Shown here piece after piece: positions 26,917 through 39,000 of a stretch of DNA of 64,000 bases. A model generated the notes under the pieces. The model saw only the letters and a program-made list of their open reading frames with translations. It was not told the origin of the DNA and ran no database searches. Where the stretch lies: assembly GCF_009834535.1 (NCBI RefSeq), contig NC_045697.1, positions 106,890,001-106,954,000 on the forward strand. Reading direction: 5' to 3'. This stretch comes from Camelus ferus (taxonomy: Eukaryota). A program made the translations under genes and the position numbers. Position 1 is the stretch's first letter; each line of letters begins with the position of its first letter.

Positions 26917-27092
26917 TGAAAGAGAGAGAGAGACTGGGAAAGAAGGACTGGCAAAAAAATGAGAGAGAGAGGGAGAGGAAGACAGAGAAAGAAAGGGGGA
27001 GAATGAAGAGAAGGTAAGTGAGAGGAGAAGGGGGAGGGAGGGACATAGGCAAGGAGGGTGTGAGGGAGGGAGGGAAGAAGGAAGGAAGGGAC
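26917..27092. repeat. GA-rich polypurine low-complexity tract
   Basis: About 175 bp almost all A/G on the plus strand, including (GA)n, (GGAA)n and (GAGG)n runs. Confidence 0.85.
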
Positions 27093-28125
27093 TGAGTACA
27101 CATGCCAGAAATTTGCAAAGGATGTACAGAAAAGGGTAAAATTTTAATTGTACTTTCTTTTTACAGCATTTTACAAATCCTGAATTATTTAAAATTTTGT
27201 TTGAAATAGGAAGAATAAATGAAGAAAAAAAACCTATCTTAAGCCTTTTTTAAACAAATGCATCCAGAAATAAATTTCCAGCAATTACGTTCTATTAACT
27301 GTAGCTAAACAGTTTCTTACAAATGGCCCTAATGCTGATGCTATCAGCATCCACGACTGTATTGTGCTAGGAAGCATGCTGATAGAGGAAAAAGGATCCC
27401 AACTTATCTTCTGGTTACAGACCCCTGGGATTTCTGAAGTGGCAGAGGGCAAGTCAAAGGTCTCATGTTTTACAAATCTCGCAAGACACAAATAAAACTA
27501 TTCTATGATCATCTCTATTTTGTATTATTATTTTTAACAGACGTGTACACTCAGTACCTTTAAGGGTTAATTTTTAAAGCTAAAACTCATTCTTGTAATA
27601 TTACTGATAGTCATTTATTTTAGAAACCTTATTTAGTAATCCCTAGGATTTAACTGCACTCGATTTACTTAATTGTAAATATGGAATACACTGTATCGGC
27701 CCTACTGATTTTTATAACTTAATACACATTTCACAATCTAATAATACATAATAAACTATAAAAGGTTTTTAAACTGAATATCCAAAATATGACCAATGAC
27801 AGGATGTCCCTATGGACTTCTTTTGTAAAGCTGTATAAGTAAGATCTTAATGTGTCTTAACTATAAAAATGTAGAAGATTAAAGCATTAACAACTTGTGG
27901 TCAGTAGGTGACATTCAGCTGTGAGCTCTTGTGGAGAGATAAGCTCATTCCACATAAGATGAGATGTTAGTAGCCCCATCTCATGTGGAGAACACACCTG
28001 TTGGGTTTTGCTGTGCCCTTCTGGCTGGGATGGCCATACACTCTCCTCTTTCTCCTCAAATGACCTTTCTGTTTTTCCCAGGCTCTTTCACTGACTCCTC
28101 TTTTCCTGACATCTTTAAATCTATG

Positions 28126-29500
28126 CATTCATTCAACCAATCAGTATTTACTGAGTTCTAACTAAATGCAAGGCACTGTTCTGAACGCTGAGGTTACAAA
28201 GTGAGCAAAACAGAAAGTCCTCACCTTCACAGAGCTCTAGCGGTGGAGACGTAAAATAAGTAAATTAATATATGTATCATGTCAAATACTGGCAAGTATT
28301 ATGTTAAAAAATAAAAGAAAATAAAGGGATAGAGAGGGATGGGGGTTGGGTGATGCTACTTTTGAGAGGATACCCAGGAAGTCCACTCTGAGGAGGTGAC
28401 CATTTTGGGCAGAGACTTGAATGAAAAAAATGGAATAAGTGAAGCAAACATCTGGGGGAGACTGAGTCAGGCATAAAGAACATTATATAGAAAACCACCA
28501 AAAGAAGGGTGGGCTTGGCACTTTTGAAGAGGAACCACAGCAAAGGTAAGTGAGGCTGAAGCAGAGTAAGAGAGCTGGGGAGTCAGAGGCAACCAGACAA
28601 TGAAGGGCTTCCAGGGCTGCAGTATAAACCCGCATTCTGTTCTGAGTTAGATGAGTAGTCACTGGCTGGGTCTGAGCTCAGGGATATGACCTGCTTTATA
28701 ATATCTTTCTGCTGCATGGAGAAAACAGCCCAGGGGGAACAGGTGAAGTGAGAACTTACAGCCACTTGGGCTAGGACTCTCGTGATGAATGTGGTGATAA
28801 ATGGTCAGATTCTGAATAGATTCTGAAGGTTGACAAGATGGCCAGTGGGGTGTGTGTGCGAAAGGGAGGCATCAGAGTCCAAGCTTTCTAAAGGCCTGAG
28901 CGAACTGGCTAAACAGTGCTGTCTTTCACTGAGGTGGCAAAGGCAGGTGTTGATACTTTTTCTTTAGGGTGGCGAGGAGGGTAAGGGGAGAAATAGAGTT
29001 TGATACAGAACATTTTCAGTTTAAAATGACTATGAACATACACCCAGCTCAAAGGGAGCTAGATATATAGCCCTGCAGCTCAGGGAAGAGCCATGGAGTA
29101 AGCTGTGCTCACCTAGAGAGCAAGTGTTGATACAGAAAAGATCTAAAGACTAAGGCCAAAGGAACTCCAATAATTTAGGGTTGGAAAACAAGAGAATCTG
29201 GTAAAGAAGACTGAAAAAAAAGGTAAGGAGATTGCCAGGAGAGGGTGGCTCTTTATTCCAGAAACCAAGTAAAGAATATGTTACTGGAAAAATGGATCAA
29301 TTAATTGTGTCAATAATGCTGACAGATCAAGTACCATGAGAAGGGAAAATCTGCATTTGACAACACAGAAGCTGTTCATCAATGACTGTGACAAGACTGA
29401 TTTCGATGACGTGGTGGTGAAGAAGGCTTGACTGAGTGGGCTTGGGGGATGATGGGCGCTGAGGAAGTGGAGAACAAGAGACCAGACAACTGTTTTGAGG
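28126..29500 (-). mobile_element. L2 3' region (about 1.4 kb)
   Basis: cattcattcaaccaatcagtatttactgag...aggcactgttctg tail; body ctctgaggaggtgaccatttt, ggtcagattctgaataga, tgtgtcaataatgctgacagatcaagta. Confidence 0.9.
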
Positions 29501-29998
29501 CTCCAAGATAATACTCCTTCTTACCCTACATGTCTATGACACTATTCTGAAGCTTAGGTTTGAATTTTCAACTAGTAGGCAATAGTAACTTGGTTATTCT
29601 GAAAATATACCAATGTGTCAAAAAGCAAATTCAGACGTTTGGTCTACAAATCAGGTTCATTATAGTTCATAGCATCATTATTTATCTAGGCATCCAAACT
29701 ACAGAATCACCTTTATGCCTTCCTATTCCTTACAGTCAACCAAGTGCCAAATCCTGGAGCATTACTTTGAACCCATCCCTTGAATTCATCCCCTTAGCTC
29801 TTTAACTAGTTCTTATCATCTTTACTTTTAACTAACTGTAACAGCCTCCTCCCACTTCTCCCTACCTCCAGCTCTCAGTCCTTTTCCGCATTCCCTGGAT
29901 CTACTTTCCATACTGCTGCCAAAGCTCTTTCTTTTTATAACAGAGTCGATCAATATGTGGAACTCCTGCTAAAACATCTTACATGGATCCTCACTGCC

Positions 29999-30172
29999 TA
30001 GAGTGGGAGACAGGAAGACAGAACCCATGGGCCAAAAGCCTGCCACTCATTTTTGTAAATGCAATTTTATTGGAAATCAGGCACACTTATTTGTCTACAT
30101 ATTGTCTGTGGCCACTTTTATGCTACAGTGATAGAACTGAGTAGCTGTGATAGAGACTGAAAGGACTGCAGA
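29999..30172 (+). mobile_element. MER58A-like hAT-Charlie DNA transposon, within L2 remnants
   Basis: cccatgggccaaa...tttttgtaaatgcaattttattggaaatcaggcacac...catattgtctgtggc...gaactgagtagctgtgatagagac. Confidence 0.8.
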
Positions 30173-30379
30173 CAGAGTTTATCTTTAGACTATTACTGAG
30201 GGTCTTCATACGAGACCACAATTGCCTTTCAGTGTCTTTCCTTCCCTATGTCTCCTACACACCAAACACATAAGACCAATTAGTAGACCAAGAAGCATTC
30301 CCCAATGTGCCAAGCATTTTCTCTGAATTTCGCTCATGACATTTTGAGTGCTAGGCATACTCTTCTATATTTCATCGAA

Positions 30380-31080
30380 GCATTAATTTAAAAAACATTT
30401 AATTTAATGCCTACCACATTCCACACCCTGTTTTAAGCTCTAGGGATAAATCAATGAAGAAAACAGTCCCAAATTCATGCTCTTATGGAGCTAATGTTCC
30501 CCAGGATAAGACATCAATAATAAACAAATGAATAAAGACGTGTATGTCAGATGATGAGTGACGTGAAGAAAAATGAAATTGAGGAGTGAGTTAAAATCAT
30601 GAGGTGAGGGATGTAACTTTAAAGAGAGAGGATAGAGAAGGTCTTACTAAGAAGGTGACATCTGAACAAAGACTTGAAATGGGCAACGGAATGGATCCAT
30701 AAGGGTGTCTGTAGGAATTTCTCAGGGAAAAGGAAAGGCCCTGAGGTGGGAAGGTATCTGGAATATATGAGGAACACCAAGGTGGTCCTGTTTATCCAGA
30801 ACAGAGTGAGCAAGGAGGCAAACAGTACAAGAGGTCAAGAGGTAATGGGATTTTGGAGGGGAGGGGTCGTCGCTGTGGGGTCTTGCACTGTAAGGACTTA
30901 AGCTTTTACCCTCAACAGGGAAACCCTTTACTACGAAGGAGAAGACTGGGAAAAGAGCAGCTTTGAAGGAACAAAGATCAGGAATTTAGGTTTGAACATG
31001 TTCAACTTGAGATATGTTTCATATATTCAAATAGAGATGATGAGGAAGGAGTCAGCAGGAGAAACGGACATGCTAGAGAA
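30380..31080 (-). mobile_element. L2 3' fragment
   Basis: atgcctaccacattccacaccctgttttaagctctagggata...aaggtgacatctgaacaaagacttgaa...aaagatcaggaatttaggtttgaacatgtt. Confidence 0.8.
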
Positions 31081-32820
31081 GTAGATCAGAAAGGTTTAAA
31101 TTCCTTTGCAGCCTTTAAGCTCCAACTCAAAAATCACTTACTCTATGAAGTATTTGCAACCCCACTTCTTCCAGACAGAATTAATTTCATTTTGTTTATA
31201 TCTTATTATAGCACTTGTCACTGTCTAACATGTATTAAAAATAGTTTTATGTATACCTGTCATTCTCACCTGGAAATGTGTAAAGAACTGTGTTTATTTC
31301 ACCCTTTTAACCCCAAGTGCTCTGTACCATATACTACATATGATAAAATAATCAATAAATACTGGCTGGCTTACCTGAATGTGCTTTGGGGGGTGTTTTA
31401 ACTCACCTGTCATAGGAAGTTTTCTGCAGAGATCCCTATGCTCCAACTAAATTCGCTCTTCTTCCTTGTTCTGTACATACATGTCCAAGTCAAAAGTAAT
31501 TTCTCTTTCACCTTATAAGACAAACTGATCACCAAATCCTAACAGTGCTTACCTTCTAAATATGTCTTAAACTCATCCACATTTCTCTAGTACTAGTGCC
31601 CCTACCAACTCTAAGCCTCCACCGTCTCTCACCTATTTATTTACCTGAACAGCTTACTGATTGCTTCCAGTCTCGCTCGCAGTGTAAAACGTATTCAAAC
31701 ACCAACCACAGGGAACACTTAAAACCACAAAATCTCCTCTGCTTCGACTTTTCCAATGTCTCCCTAGTGCCCCAGGATAAAGTCCACCCTTCTTCTCAAA
31801 GCTCATAAGCCACCTCCTCACAGGCCCTGGATCTCCTCTCTTCTCTTCCTTCTTCTCATTTCCATCCTGTATCTATGAGCCACAGAGGTTTTATTAGACG
31901 GAAGTGCTGGGATGATTTTACTGTCAGTATCTCCCCTAGTGCAAAAGTCCACTGAAGGCAACACTCTGTCTCATCTGGTGCTGTACCACAATCACTGCCT
32001 GACTGTGCAGAGACTCAATTAAAATAAAAAATGTAAAAATTACATGCTATCTTGGGATTCTGCCAAACTTTTTATTCTGAGTTTACTTTCAGCACGAATT
32101 ACTTTAAAATACATCTTTGTTCTAAATTCTGAGCTTCCAGAGAAGTATGGTTCTCTAATAATCTCCATTTTAGATCCATTTACGACTGCCCCCATTCTAA
32201 AAATAATGAACCTAGGTGACATTTATGACTCCTTCCACTCTCCAATCCTGATTTGTTAATCATTTCTATAGGAGAGAAGAAAGAGTTTAAACTGCAGCAA
32301 ATCAGACTGTACTTAATCATGAGATTAAATTAATTGACACTAAGGGTACATGAAATGAGTATGCTGCCTCAAAAGAGGGGTGGGAAATCAGTGACAATGG
32401 ATTGCCTAGAAAAGCTTAGATATTTGCCTAATATTTAGATATGATCACCTTGTGAAATTCATTCAAGCTTTATGAGTCTGATTTGTTCCACAAAATTCTG
32501 TTATAATGGTTCAGGCTGAAGACAGTAATCTATTTTGCGCCTCAGTCTCTAAACTTAAGTCTTTTTTTTTTTTTTTTAAGACTTTAAACACAGACTCTGC
32601 TGGGGAATTTTAAACTATTATTTATCACAGTGATGATTCTCCAACCCAATTTTAACATGTTCTATTTCAGTCCTCAAGACTACCTACTATTGCTACTACC
32701 TGTCAGTTCGTATTTAGATGCAGTGCAACATCAGGAACACCGCTGCTCAGAGGGGATGAAGGCATTTTCCTCTCCATAAGCAGAAAGCTATCCTTTGATG
32801 CCAAAACAATGCCCTCAGTC

Positions 32821-33149
32821 TGCACTGCCCAGTACAGAAGCCATTAGCCAAAAGTGGCTAGTAAACACTTGAAATGTGGCTAGTTTGAGATGAGATGTGT
32901 GATAAAATATAAAATACACACCAGATCTCAAAGACTTAGTGCAAGAAAAACATAAAATCTCTAATGAATAATTTTATATTGACTACGTGTTGAAACAGAA
33001 ATATTTTGGATACATCAGGTTAAATATATTCTTAAAATAAATTTCACATGGTCCTTTTGAGTTTTAAAAATGTGACTACAAGGAAAGTGAACATTACCCA
33101 TGTGGCTCAGAATTATGGTTTACATTTACATTTCTATTGAACAGTATGG
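32821..33149 (-). mobile_element. MER33-like hAT-Charlie DNA transposon
   Basis: tgcactgcccagtacagaagccattagcc...cacttgaaatgtggctagt...aaaatacacaccaga...atttctattgaacagt; degenerate terminal inverted repeats. Confidence 0.85.
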
Positions 33150-33587
33150 TAAGCGTACTTGGAGAACTGATCAGCACTTCTGAAGTGTTTATCCAGACAG
33201 AATAAAAAGCATCACTGAGGGTCATATCTGAAATGGAACCACCAATGATGCATGGAAATAAAAATGATCCCCCCAATTTTTAAATGGTAAATCATGCTAA
33301 AAATAAAAGACCATTTTGCTAAAATCTAGTAACATCTTTCTTCTCTGAAATAAAAACAATTCATATTTTAACTTTTATTTCATAGAAATAAGCTTTTTTT
33401 AATAGACTGTAAAGTATAAACCCTAAAAGTAACATACAAATATCACTATATCAAGTTTTTGAAAAGTATTGTATAATAACATAAACATTAGTAATGTAGC
33501 TTTCCCTTTTTTGAGCCCTAATATTTCTCATATGGTACTTATCATTTTCTCCCTTATAGTATAATTATTTACAAGTCATATTTCTTT

Positions 33588-33614
33588 TTTATTGAAGCAT
33601 AGTTGATTTAATAG
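33588..33614 (-). mobile_element. Extremely 5'-truncated L1 3' terminus (27 bp)
   Basis: tttattgaagcatagttgattta resembles the reverse complement of an artiodactyl L1 terminus. Flanked by a perfect 13-bp repeat GTCATATTTCTTT at 33575-33587 and 33615-33627. Confidence 0.7.
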
Positions 33615-33811
33615 GTCATATTTCTTTATGAGACCATAAGGAACTTCACAATCACAGGCATATCTTGTTATACACAACAGCGTGTAAACTGTACTTCTGA
33701 GGGTGGAAGTAAAAGTTTAGTAACGATTATACTAGCTACTGTGCAAAGTTTTTGAACTTTACAGTACTGAACACACAAATAGAGAACTCATTTCTCAATA
33801 GTAATGCAATT

Positions 33812-33910
33812 TTTTCTTTTTTCTTCCAGTCTTATTGAGATATAATGGACAAAGAGCACTGTATAAGTTTAGGGTATACAACATAATGATTTGACTTACA
33901 TACATCACGA
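33812..33910 (-). mobile_element. 5'-truncated L1 3' terminus (99 bp)
   Basis: T-rich tail plus ttattgagatataatggaca...tgtataagtttagggtatacaacataatgatttga. TSD AATAGTAA(T/C)GCAATT at 33797-33811 and 33911-33925. Confidence 0.85.
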
Positions 33911-33999
33911 AATAGTAACGCAATTCTATACCAAGCAGAGACAGATATTCAATTAGAACCAGCAACAGGTAAAAGATGATTGTCTTAAGAATAGAGACA

Positions 34000-34392
34000 T
34001 GGGCATTCTAAGTGAAGTAAGCCAGAAAGAGAAAGACAAATACCATATGATATCACTTACATGTGGTATCTAAAAAAAACACAAATTAACTTATTTACAA
34101 AACAGCAACAGACTCACAGACAGAAAACAAACTTATGGTTACCAGGGGGAAGAGGGTGGGAAGGGATAAACTGGGAGTTTGAGATTTGTAGATACTGACT
34201 AATATATATAAAGTGGATAAACAAGTTTATACTGTATAGCACAGGGAACTATATTCAATATCTTGTAGTAGCTTATAGTGAAAAAGAACATGAAAACGAA
34301 TGTATGTATATTCATGGATGACTGAAGCATTGTGCTGTACACCAGAAATTGACACAACATTGTAAACCTGACTGTACCTCAAAAAAAAGAAA
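34000..34392 (+). mobile_element. Younger lineage-specific L1 3' end
   Basis: ctaagtgaagtaagccagaaagagaaagacaaataccatatgatatcactt...tgtatagcacagggaactatattcaatatc...tgacacaacattgtaaa plus A tail. Confidence 0.92.
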
Positions 34393-34559
34393 TGTTAAAT
34401 TAAGTTGAAAGTCTGAAATTGTTCTCTCATTATTTTTGCCTATATTAATTTTATTCATTGAGTTTGAAATTCCATTGAGCACAATGCCTTACATTCATAC
34501 TACTATATTTTTGCTTTAAAAAAAAGATTTCAAGGAGGGAAAACAACCGTTCTGCAACT

Positions 34560-34650
34560 GGAGAGAGAGAGAAGGCAGGGAGAGGAGAGAGAGAGAAGAC
34601 AGACAGACGTACAGAGACAGACACAGAAGAGAGAGAGAAAGAAAGAGAAA
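34560..34650. repeat. Imperfect (GA)n/(GACA)n simple repeat
   Basis: Seen directly. Confidence 0.8.
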
Positions 34651-34803
34651 TACTGTATAGTGGTTCTTGGTCATTTAATTAAGGCCTCATGCTTTGAGGC
34701 TTATCTTTAGTAAATAGGGATGTTTTGCAAAAGGGAAATTGTTAACGTTGATTCAAGAAGAAATACACTGGCAATAACAACTGTAAAATGGAACAGTTTG
34801 TAC

Positions 34804-34923
34804 CTTAATATCAGATGTATCACGCTGACTGTTTCGCCACGCTCTAGAAATTGATGAAAAAGTTCGATCTGCGTGGTCAAATTTCCCTCCTTGCAAATTT
34901 AGGAAATAAGTTGTGAAGGGTTC
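34804..34923 (-). CDS. LRBA: LRBA coding exon (BEACH), 120 bp; absent from the ORF track
   Basis: ttattttttag|GAA CCC TTC...ATT AAG|gtacaa encodes [40 protein letters not shown], with the FDHADRTF motif. Confidence 0.97.
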
Positions 34924-35938
34924 CTAAAAAATAAGCAATTAAAAAAATCATACGTTCTCTCATGCATAAAAATGTGGTTTAAAAAACCTTCGTATCTAAA
35001 TACTTTAATGACTAATAGGCATCAGCCTGCATTACATTCTAGACATAGATTGGGAATGATACCTAAATTATTACATTAATGTTCTTAAATTATTTTTGTT
35101 TCAGAAGAAATATTTCCAAAATTTGGTATCTACAACATTTTTCAGACTCTCTCCCTTTCCAAGAACAATTTATTAATAACATTCAGACATAAATTGGACA
35201 GCATTTCTTCATAGTACAGGGAAACAGTCCAACATGTAACTTTCCTATTGTTACGGCTCAATATTTAATTTATGATTAAGAAAAGAAAAATGTTTGGAAG
35301 ATTTAAAAGCCTCCTCTTAGTTAAAGAACACTTAAACACATATTAGTAGATAATTGCTTGAAATTAGCTAAGCACTATAAATTACTTCTAGGATTTATGT
35401 CTGCCTGGACCCTTCTAACAAGCTGTAATTAATGATGTGCTGCTAATGCTTTCCCAAAGAAATTACTTTCTAGTAGATGAATCACCTCTCAATTTTACAG
35501 AAACATTTCTTGTTTAACCAATATGTTATCAATACAAGGCAATCTTGGTGTCACCTACAAACATACCTTACTTCATTTGGGGCAGCTGGTTTCCAAAATA
35601 TATGACTATATGTTTGCATTAACGGAATCTTACGTAGTTCTTATTTTAATAGACTACATTTGAAAATAATATATGTTACTATTTAGAATCAACCATTTGA
35701 AGAGTCCAATTGAAGAAAAAAATTCCCACAATTCCATGTGGAACATTTTTATGGCTATTCTAGAGAAACATGTTACAAAATACATACTAAATGGGATAAA
35801 GAAATATTTATAATTAGAACCTCAATCACTGAAAAATATTTCACCCTTCAAAAAAGATGCTGATGATTTTTAATCAATGCATATTCTCCATAACATTGGA
35901 TTTACTTATTCATGGATTATTATTCAAATTGAACTTAC

Positions 35939-36079
35939 TATTCTTAGCAGCCATGCAAGAACAAAACTTGCAGTTGAGTAATGAGTACCATAGTGGAACT
36001 TTGGAACTTGATCATCTTCCCAGGATTCATAACGCTCTGCAAAGAATGCTGCTCTTTTTGGATTCAAAGCTCCTATTGG
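35939..36079 (-). CDS. LRBA: LRBA coding exon (BEACH), 141 bp
   Basis: cccctcctcattggcag|CCA ATA GGA...AGA ATA|gtaagt encodes [58 protein letters not shown] and [11 protein letters not shown] are LRBA-type; as I recall, NBEA has AVFYAERYETW and SPPYHYNTHYS. Confidence 0.97.
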
Positions 36080-39000
36080 CTGCCAATGAGGAGGGGAAAA
36101 AAGAAAAGAACATATATATGTAACCATCGTTTATCTCTTTCTCTCTTCAAATGTTATCCTATTAGCAAGAGTGAAAGTGAATTAAAACCGTGTTACAGTT
36201 AGTAGATGGAAAAACAAATTTATTTTTCTATGCACATTAAATATACACATATAAGTGAATGGAGAAATCTGTCATTTCTCAGGAAGTCTAGTTTCTATTG
36301 AATAAAGGTCTTTTATCAGGCCATAACAAGCATTTTCATAAAGACAATTACATGAAGTGAATATCAGCTATAGGATATTCTGGAAAGCACCCATAAAATC
36401 TTTTTAGTTCATTAGAAGCAACCACCAGAAATAGAATCTTGATGCTAGAAGAATAACTTACAATAGATTCTGAGAAGAGGATGGAACAGGGGGCGGGAGG
36501 AGGAGTACAAGGAGGAGACTGTGCGACAAAGGGATTATATGTAAATCTAGAAATTTCTATCAGTATCAGTAAATCCAAAGAATTTAGAGGATAAAAACAT
36601 GCCTGCATGAAATGTAAAAAAAAAAAAAAATGTGTAATATAAAAAGAATACCAGATAGATTACGAGCTTATAGCGCCAAACAATACATTACAGCAGAGGC
36701 CCCCAAAGCGATACAGCAAACTGTGAAGCGCCTGGGCTCCCTGAGTCATAACAGTACCGAGTCAGAAGGTTGTTTTGGGAAATAAAATGAGTAAGTACAT
36801 GGAAGAACCAACCATGCCTGATTCAATGAACACTATTAATCTTAAGGTTATCTTTTAGCATTGTGCTAAGTTTGAGTAAAATCATAACCTACAAGCTGCA
36901 GAACGCTGACATAAGATAAGAGCTTAGTAAATGTTAGCTGGTATCACTATTGTTGCTGCTGCTGTTGTTATTCGGGGAATACAGACTCCCTCAAACAGTA
37001 GGTAAAATGTTGTGTGATTATGTACATGTGCATTTTCTTCAGGAAGACATACAGAGTATTCTAAGATTTTCAACAGGGTCTAAGGGCTCAAAGGATGTTA
37101 AGCTCAACTGCTTTAAGTAACAATTCATTCTTATAAAATATTCCAGTCTCTAGAAAAAATCTCTATTCTTTATTGAAAATACAAGTACCAATCACTGAAA
37201 AAAGATCTCTATAAGATGACTTTCTTTAATAAAACCTGTGAGTAGTCACTCCTCATTTATATGAGAAAGAAAATATCTGATCACTTACGGGAAAATTATG
37301 AAACTGAAATTTAAAATATTGGTTTTAAAATAGATGTGTTCAGATATATTTTATTGAAAGTGAAGCAATGTTAAGGTAGTTTTTAAACTGCTTTTCATGT
37401 AATTTAAAACATTTTAAATGATCATTTTGGCTATTTTTCTTAAATTGTTAACTATTATTTCAAAACTGCTATATATCTCTAGAACCATTCATTCTCTTTT
37501 AATGGCGTAGTTCTAATTAACATTTTATTTTAAGCCATTTTTTTTTTACTTTACAAGCAAATTTAAAAAAATCTTTAGTTGATTATTATTTTAAATCAAT
37601 ATCACAGTATACCAATTTAAAATGCCATCTTTTAAAGTGTTAGTTTCTGTACAAAAAAAAAAATTCTGATTTACCAAATATATGCCTGTTAAGAATGGAA
37701 CTGACTCCAAGAAATCTTTGTTACAGAACCAATTTGGAATGCCTTTGAATGTATTTTAGTTGTTGTCCCTAAAGACTGAGCCATGCAAAAGGAAAGAAAG
37801 AAGAAATAAAATCATTGGAAGACAAATTATGTGAATTAAAAATAAAATCAATGGTCTTTTTGTATGGTTCTGCAGCATATTAAGTATTCACTTTATCTCC
37901 TCCCATTTTTATTACTCTCCAAATGAGTACACCCCCAAAATCAATAGTTATAGAATCACGTTTCTTGAATATAATGCTAAAACCAATTAGGATTGATTTC
38001 ACTAGCGTCTGAGAAAAATGGCACCGTGTGGAGACCCATATAGGTAGAGCCCACAGGATTGATTCTGTTATTGTTACAGTTGGTTTCCGAAGCCTGCTAC
38101 AAGACAGCTATCAAGACATACCACATTTATTTGCAAGCATATGAAAAAGAAGTCCCCAAATAAAAGAAGGTTTAAAAAAAAAAAAGACCAGTGGAGCTGT
38201 GCAATGACAATGATACACTATCAGCTTACTCAGAGAAGTTACAGTGGGAATACACACATTGAATTATACATTACGCGAAAGCACTGATTTATTGTGGTAA
38301 TAACATCCACCTCATTAAAAGATTCTGCTTTGCTGCAGTTGGAAGGCTACATATTGTTTACTGCTATAAATTAATGGCAGTACAAAGAAGACTGTGGAAC
38401 CGTCCTAACAATAGATCTGTAATGACAGTGCTGTATATCACAGCTTCCTCAGCAGCTTCATAATAAAATGGAGACAATGTATTGAGCTAATACATTCTAC
38501 CATGCTGGCCCATATTTTTCTGACAACTGCTTTAAAGGATGAGCTGAATCCAACTATGTTATAATGCTGCAAAAGATTTAACTAAGCAAGAGTCAGTCAT
38601 ACACTAAAGTGCATCTTAGCATTTTTAAAACATCGTCTAAATCAGCATTTCAAGATGTTTATTCATTCCTGCAAAAGAACTAAAAGTAAATGCTGATGGC
38701 TCCTCTTACTTATACAGTATGTTAAGAGTAACAATTGAAGGGCAATTCAGAAAATGCCTAGCACTACCATTCTACACAATGCTCTTTGTACAATTTAACT
38801 GTAAAAGCTTGACAGAATATTTTTTAAAATCAGCAAACTGATTAAAGGAAGAAGAGCAAAAATACTGGTCATTTAAAATGGTCATAACTTCCTGAAAAAA
38901 AAAAATCAATAAAAAATAAGTATTGATTAAAGAACTATAATTCAGGTTCATAACCAGGTAAACATAAATAGCTCTAGGATATTAAAAAATGATTTTAAAC

